From assembly GCA_963716395.1 (NCBI GenBank), contig OY970309.1, forward strand, positions 1,344,001 to 1,408,000: 64,000 nt of DNA. Direction: 5' to 3'. The position numbers and the translations under genes are program-made. Below the pieces are notes generated by a model. It made no database searches. It worked only from the letters and a program-made list of their open reading frames with translations, and had not been told where the DNA came from. Source of the stretch: an uncultured Fibrobacteria bacterium. Its GTDB lineage: Bacteria; Fibrobacterota; Fibrobacteria; UBA11236. Below, in pieces: positions 1 to 8,099 of the stretch (position 1 is its first letter; every line of letters begins with the position of its first letter).

Positions 1-891
1 GGCCGTGCCGTGATCGGGTGAAGTCCGCACAAAGGGAAGGCCCAGGGTGCAGTTGACGCCGTGGGCGAAATCCAAGGTTTTCATGGGGCCGAAGCCCTGA
101 TCGTGATACATGGCCAGCACGGCGTCGAAACGGCCCTGCAACCCTTGCAGAAAAACCGTGTCGCCTGGAAACGGGCCCAAGGTGGGAATGCCGTCCCGCC
201 GCAACGCCGCCATGGCCGGTTGCAGAATGTCGATTTCTTCGCGGCCGAGCAAACCGTTTTCGCCGGCATGCGGATTTACGCCGGCCAGGGCCAGGCGCGG
301 CGTTGTGACGCCCGCATGCTGCAAAGCTCGCCAAGTCAAGGCGGCCACTTGGCGGATGCGCGGAACCGTGATGGCGTCGAGGGCGGCGCGCAAAGAAAGA
401 TGATCCGTGACGTGACTTACAACCAGTTTCGGCGACCACAGCGCCATGACCGGTCCCGCCACGCCGGTCTTTTTTTCCAGGATGTCGGTATGGCCCATGA
501 AATGGTGCCCGGCCGAATTCATGGCTTCTTTGTTCAAGGGTGCGGTGACGATGCCCTCGGCCTTTCCGGCCAGGCAGGCGTCGACGGCGTAGGCGAAATA
601 GGCGAAGGCGGCGTGGCCGCAAGCCGCGGAAATTTTTCCCGCCTCGAAATCACCCGGCCGTAAGAGCCCGAGCGTATGCACGGCGATGTCGTGGTCGCCC
701 GCCCGCTCTTCGGGGGCGAAGGTAAGCGGAAGGCCCAAGGCTTGCGCCGTGGATTGCAGGATTTCCAGTTCGCCGATCACCACAGGACGAATACCGGGTG
801 TGGGCCCAACGCGGTGCAGGCATTTGACCAGCACTTCGGGTCCGATGCCCGCAGCGTCGCCCAGGGTCAACAGCAAGGTCTTGGTAGGCAT
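1..891 (-). CDS. pdxA: 4-hydroxythreonine-4-phosphate dehydrogenase (3' end runs off window)
   Basis: Not in the ORF track because it is open at the edge. Manual translation from ATG 891 gives MPTKTLLLTLGDAAGIGPEV ... AMYHDQG ... VNCTLGLPFVRTSPDHGTA, the PdxA signatures. Confidence 0.95.
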   Translation of the reverse strand, partial: MPTKTLLLTLGDAAGIGPEVLVKCLHRVGPTPGIRPVVIGELEILQSTAQALGLPLTFAPEERAGDHDIAVHTLGLLRPGDFEAGKISAACGHAAFAYFAYAVDACLAGKAEGIVTAPLNKEAMNSAGHHFMGHTDILEKKTGVAGPVMALWSPKLVVSHVTDHLSLRAALDAITVPRIRQVAALTWRALQHAGVTTPRLALAGVNPHAGENGLLGREEIDILQPAMAALRRDGIPTLGPFPGDTVFLQGLQGRFDAVLAMYHDQGFGPMKTLDFAHGVNCTLGLPFVRTSPDHGTA

Positions 892-1124
892 GTCAGAAAA
901 TTAATCGCCGGTTCGAAGGCTTGAATCAGGCCGTTCCGGGGTCAGGGGCCGCCACAAAATAAATGTCCGATGGAACCCAGCGGCTGCGCAGTGAAAAGGG
1001 GAAAACGGGTTGCTATTTGCGGCGGAGGAAAAAAGGGTCGCAGGGAGTTGGGATCTGTCTGGATGGATTGGATACGGGCTTCGATTTACCTATGCTCCTT
1101 TGCGCCTCTTCGGCAGGAGCGATA

Positions 1125-2600
1125 TTGCATAGAATCCGATTCAGCCGAACGCTCGTTTTTTCCGGGCTGGGATGCTTGGGATCCTTCCACGCGCTGATGG
1201 CCGGACCGGCCGTTAAAACCATTCTCCAGGAACTCGCCGCCTCGACAAGACCCCTGGCCATGGTCCGGGGCCCCGAGGGATTTCCAGGGATAGCCTACAC
1301 CGATACGGGCTATGGCGTCGGGTACCTTCGATGCGGCGACGCTTTATGCGACACCATCGCGAGCCTAAGTCGGGTGGATTCGGATTCGAATCAAATCAGC
1401 ACTGTCGTAGCGCTTCGCTTGGATACGGACGGATTTCCCCGCTTTTTGATAGCGCGCACGGGAAGATCGGATGTGGCGAATTCCCGCTCCGTCGTGATTC
1501 TGAAGAAATGCGCGGACGCGGTGTGTTCATCATTTACCGTAGCGCGGACATTGGATACCATTAACGCCTCGCCGGTAGACTTTTCCGCCGCTTTCGATTC
1601 GGCCGGAAGGCCCGCCCTGGCGATTGGGAAGGACGGAGGAATTGAGTTTTTTAATTTCAGCGACACCAACGCCTTCTTTTTCACGTCGACGATTCTTGCC
1701 GATTCGCTGGAGAGCGCTGTAATGCCCTCGCTGATTTTCGGAACGGATGGCTTGCCTTTGGTCGGCTATTCGAAACCGAAGGGGGATACCGACGGTTATT
1801 TCGTTGTCGCGCATTGCGGAGATGCGAATTGCCTGTTCGGAAACACACGCACCGTGATCGATTCGGGTTGTTTCAATGGCGCGCCCAGTTCCGCCGTCAT
1901 CGGATCGGACGGCTTGCCGGTATTCTCCTTCGGCGCCTATTTCGACAATGCCTTAAAATTCGTCCATTGCGGAAACAAGACCTGCACGACGGGGAATTCG
2001 GTGCAAACTTTGGATCAAAATGGAACTCCCGACGCATACCGAAATGCGGTGTCGCTCGGCCCTTCCGGTTTTCCCTTAGTTTTGGATGAAGGCCAATTGG
2101 CCACTCCTTCCGTCGAGTATGAACTTCGGGGAATCGAATGCGGAGACGTGAATTGCTCTTCCCAATCGTCGCAAGTCATCGACACTGCGAAAAACGGTTT
2201 TGTCATATTCCCGCACGCGGCGCTTTCGGACCAAAGCGGGACTTGCTTCGCCCTCGTAGCGGGCGATTCTGATCCCTATCCCATGGAAGTGCTGTCGTTT
2301 CCGGAGTTCGCCGGAGCCATTCTGGCTGAGACCTTAGCCGGGCATCGCGGCGAAGCGAATGGGGTGCTGTCCCATGGGGCGTGGTACGCGGTACGGAATG
2401 GGATATGGTTCGATGTGCGGGGCCGAGCGCGGGGCCCGACCGAGGGCGTTCCATCCGAGGAATTCCATCCCCGTAGCGGGCCTCGGCCCAGTTCGACGCC
2501 CCGGGATCCGTTTCAACCGGTGCCAGCGGGCAAGTTTATATTTGATCGGTGCCACGCATTCGAGGGTTCGGTATTGCGGGAATTTTTCTCGCCTGGGTGA
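1125..2600 (+). CDS. Secreted repeat protein, probable beta-propeller with Cys-pair blades
   Basis: GGAG RBS then TTG at 1125 and a signal-peptide-like N-terminus. Five C-x-[DN]-x-x-C repeats (CGDALC, CADAVC, CGDANC, CGNKTC, CGDVNC) interleaved with DGxP turns. FDVRGR motif near the C-terminus. Confidence 0.7.
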   Translation: MHRIRFSRTLVFSGLGCLGSFHALMAGPAVKTILQELAASTRPLAMVRGPEGFPGIAYTDTGYGVGYLRCGDALCDTIASLSRVDSDSNQISTVVALRLDTDGFPRFLIARTGRSDVANSRSVVILKKCADAVCSSFTVARTLDTINASPVDFSAAFDSAGRPALAIGKDGGIEFFNFSDTNAFFFTSTILADSLESAVMPSLIFGTDGLPLVGYSKPKGDTDGYFVVAHCGDANCLFGNTRTVIDSGCFNGAPSSAVIGSDGLPVFSFGAYFDNALKFVHCGNKTCTTGNSVQTLDQNGTPDAYRNAVSLGPSGFPLVLDEGQLATPSVEYELRGIECGDVNCSSQSSQVIDTAKNGFVIFPHAALSDQSGTCFALVAGDSDPYPMEVLSFPEFAGAILAETLAGHRGEANGVLSHGAWYAVRNGIWFDVRGRARGPTEGVPSEEFHPRSGPRPSSTPRDPFQPVPAGKFIFDRCHAFEGSVLREFFSPG

Positions 2601-3244
2601 GCGGCGCTGGGGCGCAGACAAATTGGACTTTGCGCAACCCCTGGCCTACCAGCAATCAATTGGAATCCGTCCTTTGGGGCGATAGTCTTTTTGTGGCCGC
2701 GGGCGATGCGGGTAACGTACTGACTTCCCCGGATGGCCTGTCGTGGAAGTAGGGAACTTCGGAGAGCGTCTTTTCATTGACCGCCCTGGCATGGAATGGG
2801 AACTGCTTCGTGGCCGTCGGAGACGCGGGCAAGGTGGTGATGTCCACGGACGGAATAGTTTGGAACTCCGAAGCCTCCGGTGTGAAGGCCCGACTGCATG
2901 GCGTGATTTGGGGCGGCAATCAATTCGTCGTCGTGGGGGATTCCGGCATCGTGCTGACTTCGCCCGAAGATCCGCCCAATGCCATTCTTCCCTTTTCTCC
3001 GTCCGCAGATGTTTTTTCACTTCGCTTCACTTCGACCCGGCTCCTTTTCACCCGGCCCTATTCCTCAATGAATCAATCCGCCTGGGCGTGGATCTATGCA
3101 ATCCAGGGAGGCCGGAAAGTTGAAATCCACATGGGACGCAACCAACGCGATCTTTCCCTTCCCATTGGAAATCTTTCGCAGGGCAAATATTTGTTCGTGT
3201 TCAAAACGCCGGACGCCTTGATTTCCCGCGGATTCATCAAATAG
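2549..3244 (+). pseudogene. Secreted YCF48/BNR-like repeat protein with C-terminal sorting domain, interrupted by in-frame TAG at 2750-2752
   Basis: ORFs 2549-2752 and 2777-3244 are in the same frame. Three W-x-G...FV-x-x-GD-x-G-x-V-x-x-S repeats continue across the TAG. Signal peptide at the N-terminus; tail ...LSQGKYLFVFK. Confidence 0.75.
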
Positions 3245-3301
3245 GCGGCCACATAAATTGTGGTCGCCGTCGGCGACGGTCCGGTTCGGCCGCCGGGGCT
3301 C

Positions 3302-3907
3302 TTAATGCAGACGGGACAGCGCTTTGGAAACCGAAATCGGATTCTTGGCTTTGACCTGTACGGCGAAGCGCCGGCGCGGATCGGGGTCGCGTGTCAGGGT
3401 AAACTCCCCCGATCCGAACAACGCCGACAACAGGCGGTCAAGCTCGGGCTTCACCGCGGCCAAGGTGTCGTCGTGATTGGGAGCCGCGGCGCGGTTGTTC
3501 ACGATCAAAGCGAGGTCGCCGCCCAGGAACACAGGCCGGGTTGGGAAAGAGGCCTCGCCTTCGAGGCGAAGCGCCGCCCGTAACGCCGCCGTTAATGACT
3601 CGCGCAGCTTGTCGGCGTTGGACCCGGAGGCGGGCTGCCGCCGATCGTACAACAGGCCGAGCCGGCGTCCGGCCCCGTCCAGGGAATAATTGACCTGCAA
3701 GCCGGCCAGCAAGATCACCGGGCCGTCCTCGACATGGCTGTAATCCGCCACGTCGACGAAGACTTCGGGGCTGTCGGGAATCCAGGTGTTGAACACGCGG
3801 AACCACGCTTCCGGTTGCTGCGAAGCCCCGTTTTCCAAGTGGATTTTCCATTGCAGGTTTTGCAAATCCACTGACAATTCCATCGATAAATCCAGCGACG
3901 ATTCCAT
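3302..3907 (-). CDS. Hypothetical protein coupled to the sulfite/nitrite reductase
   Basis: ATG at 3907 overlaps the upstream TGA (TGATG). Globular-looking sequence with a DVADYSHVEDGPVILL motif. Confidence 0.8.
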   Translation of the reverse strand: MESSLDLSMELSVDLQNLQWKIHLENGASQQPEAWFRVFNTWIPDSPEVFVDVADYSHVEDGPVILLAGLQVNYSLDGAGRRLGLLYDRRQPASGSNADKLRESLTAALRAALRLEGEASFPTRPVFLGGDLALIVNNRAAAPNHDDTLAAVKPELDRLLSALFGSGEFTLTRDPDPRRRFAVQVKAKNPISVSKALSRLH

Positions 3908-6177
3908 CACGCCACCGCTTGGGCCGGCGCCAAACTCATACGCGCGTAGCAACTGTGGGCGGCCTCGACGAACAGTTGCGCTTCGTGCAGCAACAGACCG
4001 GTGTTTTCCCGGTCGGGATTTTGGCCGCGCCGGGCATGCGCCTGGAAATAATAATGCGCGAACTTGGGGCCCGCGAACGGGTCGTGGAAAATCCCGGTAT
4101 CATGAAAGCGGCGCGTGAATTCCGTCAGCACCGCATCCGGATCATCGGACATGTCGGGGTTCTGACCCTTGATCAGGCCCTGCGCGGCCAGCACCATGGC
4201 GCGGTAGGCGCGAGCGGCGGCGGTTTCGATTTCGCCGGCTTCGAAATTAAGCTGCGCCTGGAAGAGCTCGCGATCCGCGGCCTTGAGGCCGAAATCGGTG
4301 AGCGTCACGACTTCGCCGGCGCATTCGCCCATGCCCTTGTCTTTCACCGAGTACTCGCGCACGTCGCCCCAATCCACATAGTAGGATTTGTCCTTTTCAT
4401 AAGACGGAACTTCGATGAGGTCTTGCAGGCTTTGCATGAGCGTGGCTTTGCCCTTGCGGTCGACCCAGGCGCGAAAGGTTTCGTCGGGCCGCCGTTCCTG
4501 CACGAACAATTCGGCCACGCGTTCCACCACTGCGGGCACCGACTTCGACGGAACGCCCCCTACGCCGATGCCATAGGCGCCGCCGTTGTGCGAGAATTGG
4601 CCGCCCAGCACCATTTGGAAATGCGGCACCACGTAGCCGCCCACATTGCGCGAAATGCCGTAAAAGCCGATGTCGGCGACGTGGTGCTGCGCGCACGAAT
4701 TGAAGCAGCCCGACACCTTTACGCGCAATTGCCGCGCGGCCGGATCGAGGCGCGCCACCTTGGCCGCCAGGCGGCGGCGCAATTCGCCGGCCAGCCCGCG
4801 CGAAGAGGCAACGCCAAGTTTGCAAGTGTCGGTGCCGGGGCAGGCCGTGATGTCGGCGATGGATCCGGCGCCGGGCGCATGCAGCCCGAGCGCTTTCAGG
4901 TCGCGGTAGAGCGCGGGCACGTCGTCTTCGCCGACCCAGCGCAGCAAAATGTTCTGCTCCACCGTGACCCGCACGGTGTCGTTCACATACCGCCGCACGA
5001 CGCCCGCGAGGTCGCGAATTTGGTTGGAGGTGATGTCGCCCAAGGGTAACGCTACGGTTACAGCGGCGTAGCCGGGTTGCCGCTGCGGCTCCACATTGGT
5101 TTGTATCCAGAAATCGAGATCGGGATCGCCGGTGGGTTTCAGGCCGTGGCCGGCCGGCCGCAGGGGTTTTTCCTCGCCGCGATTCGGCGCGCGCAGAAAC
5201 TCGGTCCAACGCGGGTCGGGCGTGAGTTTGGCCCGTTCTTCCAACACCGCCGCGCGGAATTTTTCCAGACCCATGTCGGCGATCAGGAATTTGATGCGCG
5301 CCCGATGGCGTTTTTTCTTTTCACCCAGGCGCGCGAACACCCGGCACACGGCCTGGGTCAAGGCCAGAAATTCGTCTTCGGGCACGAAATCGTTGAACAG
5401 CTTGGCGTCATAGGGCACGGCGCCGAGTCCGCCGCCCACGTAATATTCGAAACCGCGTTTTCCATCTTGAATCTTGGCGATAAGACCCAGGTCGTGAATG
5501 TTGACTAGGCCCGAGGCCCCTTCTTTATTGCCCGAAAAGGCGATTTTGAATTTGCGGCCGAAGTCCTGCACGTCGGGGTGGCCGAGCAAATATTCGAAGG
5601 CGGCCTGCGCGTAAGGCGTGACGTCGAACACATCGAGCCGCGACACCCCGGCCATGGGATCGGCCGTGACGTTGCGCACCGAGTTGCCGCAGGCTTCGCG
5701 CGTGGTGATTCCCGCCGCGGCCAGCCGCCGGTACAGCGACGGGGAGTTTTCGATGTGCACGTAATGCAGTTGAATGTCCTGACGGGTGGTGATATGGCAG
5801 ATGGCGTCGCTGTATTCCTCGGCCAAATCGGCGAACAAATCCATTTGCGCGGCCGTGATTCCGCCCCAAGGCAGCTTGATACGCTGCATGCCGGGCGCAT
5901 CCCAATAGGTGTCGGGACCTTTGAAGGCTTCGGTGTAGGGAATGGATCGGCTGGCTTGGCCGTCGTGGCGTTTGCCGTTGTCGTAGCGTTGGCCGTAGGC
6001 TCCCATGCGCAGCCGGGTTTCCGCAAACAGCTTGTTTTCGACTTTTCCCAACTTCTTCAAAGCGATGTCGGCTTCGAATTCGTCGATATGCTTTTTCCAC
6101 GCCGCGGGAATGCGGGGGGTCAGGGTTTCCTTCCAATATTGCGCGGCGGAGGCGGTGAATAATTCTGGAACGCTCAT
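3907..6177 (-). CDS. Siroheme/[4Fe-4S] sulfite/nitrite reductase with C-terminal HEPN-like domain
   Basis: HITTRQDIQLH, REACGNSVRN, RKFKIAFSG, CPGTDTC...SGCFNSC cluster ligands. Helical tail ARAYRAMVLAAQGLI...EAQLFVEAA resembles HEPN. Confidence 0.92.
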   Translation of the reverse strand: MSVPELFTASAAQYWKETLTPRIPAAWKKHIDEFEADIALKKLGKVENKLFAETRLRMGAYGQRYDNGKRHDGQASRSIPYTEAFKGPDTYWDAPGMQRIKLPWGGITAAQMDLFADLAEEYSDAICHITTRQDIQLHYVHIENSPSLYRRLAAAGITTREACGNSVRNVTADPMAGVSRLDVFDVTPYAQAAFEYLLGHPDVQDFGRKFKIAFSGNKEGASGLVNIHDLGLIAKIQDGKRGFEYYVGGGLGAVPYDAKLFNDFVPEDEFLALTQAVCRVFARLGEKKKRHRARIKFLIADMGLEKFRAAVLEERAKLTPDPRWTEFLRAPNRGEEKPLRPAGHGLKPTGDPDLDFWIQTNVEPQRQPGYAAVTVALPLGDITSNQIRDLAGVVRRYVNDTVRVTVEQNILLRWVGEDDVPALYRDLKALGLHAPGAGSIADITACPGTDTCKLGVASSRGLAGELRRRLAAKVARLDPAARQLRVKVSGCFNSCAQHHVADIGFYGISRNVGGYVVPHFQMVLGGQFSHNGGAYGIGVGGVPSKSVPAVVERVAELFVQERRPDETFRAWVDRKGKATLMQSLQDLIEVPSYEKDKSYYVDWGDVREYSVKDKGMGECAGEVVTLTDFGLKAADRELFQAQLNFEAGEIETAAARAYRAMVLAAQGLIKGQNPDMSDDPDAVLTEFTRRFHDTGIFHDPFAGPKFAHYYFQAHARRGQNPDRENTGLLLHEAQLFVEAAHSCYARMSLAPAQAVA

Positions 6178-6244
6178 ACAAAAGCCTCTTGATTTTATTC
6201 CTAGTTGATTTAAAGGTTAATACCTTCGAGTCAATTTGACAACT

Positions 6245-6326
6245 CGTAAAAACCCGTTTTTACGGCGTAAAATCGGCAAAAATGAAGATTGTGCTTTTGC
6301 ATTTAATCATATTAAATGAGTATGGT
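6245..6326. promoter_or_regulatory. Divergent promoter region with two perfect inverted repeats
   Basis: CGTAAAAAC-cc-GTTTTTACG (6245-6264) and CATTTAAT-cat-ATTAAATG (6300-6318). The second overlaps a TTGCAT-N18-TATGGT sigma70-like promoter on + (6297-6326). Confidence 0.5.
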
Positions 6327-6419
6327 ATTGGGTACAGATGCATCCTGCGATTCCGAGGCAAACGCCTCTTCGCCCTGGGCGTCCAGTCCGGTCGTTTTGC
6401 CTGCGCGGTTTGAGAAGTT

Positions 6420-6526
6420 GCCGGAAAGAACCCCAAACCATCAAACGGCGAAAGCCGGAGTTTGGGACGAAACTTGCATGCCCGGGAGTCTCCGGCCTAA
6501 AATGGTGTGCGGTTGGAAGTGCAACC
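6420..6526 (+). ncRNA. Candidate structured 5' leader RNA with partial resemblance to c-di-GMP-I (GEMM) riboswitch
   Basis: CCCAAAC/GTTTGGG stem enclosing a CGGC-GAAA-GCCG tetraloop hairpin, followed by GGGACG and CTCCGGCCTAAA. Lies just upstream of ATG 6539. Confidence 0.3.
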
Positions 6527-6538
6527 AAGGCAGAAAGT

Positions 6539-6874
6539 ATGACGACACAATTCTCACTCGAACCCGAAGATTATTCCCGTTATGCAGCTTGGCGTCGTTC
6601 CCGCGGAAAACTGGCCGGACGCCGATCGAAACGCCGCGTCGTGCGCAAATTGCCGCAGACCATCATGGTGGTACCGGTGGTAAAACCCCCCGGTGGCCGA
6701 TTGAGCGACTTCCGCTCGGCCTTAAACCGCCATAAAGCGCTGGCTTACGGCGTGCTCTTGGCGGCCGTAATCGACGCCTACATCTATGCGGGCGATCGGG
6801 ACCAAGTGCATGATTTGCTGGGAACCGTGAACAGCGTGGTGCAAGACGCCCGCTCGTTTTATTTCGGCGCCTAA
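6539..6874 (+). CDS. Small basic membrane protein, hypothetical
   Basis: ATG 6539. Arg/Lys-rich N-half and one hydrophobic segment (ALAYGVLLAAVIDAYIYAG). Convergent 4-nt overlap with the next gene. Confidence 0.6.
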   Translation: MTTQFSLEPEDYSRYAAWRRSRGKLAGRRSKRRVVRKLPQTIMVVPVVKPPGGRLSDFRSALNRHKALAYGVLLAAVIDAYIYAGDRDQVHDLLGTVNSVVQDARSFYFGA

Positions 6875-7980
6875 GCGTTGAATTCCCGCAATGCCGCGGC
6901 GATGAGCCCGACGGCTTTTTGCGTGAGTCCCGCATGCAGGGGGAGGGCGATGGCTGTACGTGCCAATTCTTCGGCGGCGGGATAACGGCCCCGGGCGAAA
7001 GCCCGAAAGGGTTTCAGACCCGGCAGCGTGGCGGGATAGTAAACGCGCTGGCCGATGCCGCGCTGATCCAAATATCGCGCGAAGGCCGCGCGCCGGCGCG
7101 CACGGATCACGAAAGCATGCCAGGCCGAAACGCCCTCCGCGCTGGGCCTGAGCGGAATCAAATCCGGACGCAATGACAGGGCGCGCAGATAGCGTCGGGC
7201 GATGGCCGCACGGCGGAGGTTGGCGGCAGCCAAGCCGGGCAGTTTGAGTGACAGAAACAGGGCTTGCACGGCGTCCATGCGCGCGTTGAATCCCAGGGTT
7301 TCGGGGCGAAAGGGTTGCGCCTGCCCGTGATCGCGCAGCAATTGCAGGCGTCGTCTGCTACCGGCGCGGCGGGTCGCCACGGCGCCGGCGTCGCCCATGG
7401 CACCCAGATTTTTGGTGGGGTAGAACGAAAAGCACCCGCAATCGCCGAGAGATCCGAGCGGTCGGCCGCGATAGAAGCCTCCGTGGGCTTGGGCCGCGTC
7501 TTCCACCAGCCAAGCCCCGCAGTCGCGGGCCAAACCTTGCAAGGGTCCGATTGCGGCGGGATGGCCGAACAGATGCACGGCGACGATGGCTTTGGTGCGG
7601 CGGGTCAGCGCGCGGGCCACGGCGCCGGGATCGAGGCATCCGTCCTCCGGCCGCACGTCGGCGAACACCGGCCGGGCCCCCTGATACAACACGCCCCAGG
7701 CCGTGCCGGGAAAGGTGAAGGCCGGCACGATCACTTCATCGCCGCGTCCGATGCCGGCCGCGGCCAAGGCCAAATGCAGCGCCGCCGTGCCGCTGGCAAC
7801 CGCCACGCAATACCGCGCCCCGAGCGCGGCCGCAAACTCGCTTTCGAAGCGTTGCACCCAGGGCCCGCCCACAAAGGCGCTGCGCCGGTACAGATCGCGC
7901 AGACCGCGGAAGCAGGCGTGTTCGTAACGCCGGTTGACGGCGTAAAGATCGGCGAAGGGAATGCGCAAGGTGTGCGGCAA
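6871..7980 (-). CDS. DegT/DnrJ/EryC1/StrS family PLP-dependent sugar aminotransferase
   Basis: SGTAALHLAL, EDAAQAHG, FSFYPTKNLGAMGDAG, GFNARMD. Confidence 0.95.
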   Translation of the reverse strand: MPHTLRIPFADLYAVNRRYEHACFRGLRDLYRRSAFVGGPWVQRFESEFAAALGARYCVAVASGTAALHLALAAAGIGRGDEVIVPAFTFPGTAWGVLYQGARPVFADVRPEDGCLDPGAVARALTRRTKAIVAVHLFGHPAAIGPLQGLARDCGAWLVEDAAQAHGGFYRGRPLGSLGDCGCFSFYPTKNLGAMGDAGAVATRRAGSRRRLQLLRDHGQAQPFRPETLGFNARMDAVQALFLSLKLPGLAAANLRRAAIARRYLRALSLRPDLIPLRPSAEGVSAWHAFVIRARRRAAFARYLDQRGIGQRVYYPATLPGLKPFRAFARGRYPAAEELARTAIALPLHAGLTQKAVGLIAAALREFNA

Positions 7981-8099
7981 GCCGGCCTCGGGGGTGGCGA
8001 AGGAAGTCGGAAAGATAAGCGGCGCAGCGCGGTTATCGCGGGTCGGTATACGCGTGATTTCTACTTTACTCCGCTCGCCGCGGGTCGGCGGAAAGGCGG

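Noticed and set aside
2750-2752. Genome-wide TAG reassignment
   Set aside because: TAG ends genes at expected positions elsewhere (fmt, rlmN, PilZ, 3244, 14251, 43975), and no other conserved gene has an internal TAG.
3907-4300. HEPN domain as a toxin-antitoxin or defence RNase
   Set aside because: It is fused to a metabolic enzyme, with no adjacent MNT nucleotidyltransferase and no convincing catalytic motif.
6178-6300. SAM riboswitch ahead of the sulfite reductase
   Set aside because: No SAM-I/II core sequences recognisable on the minus strand.
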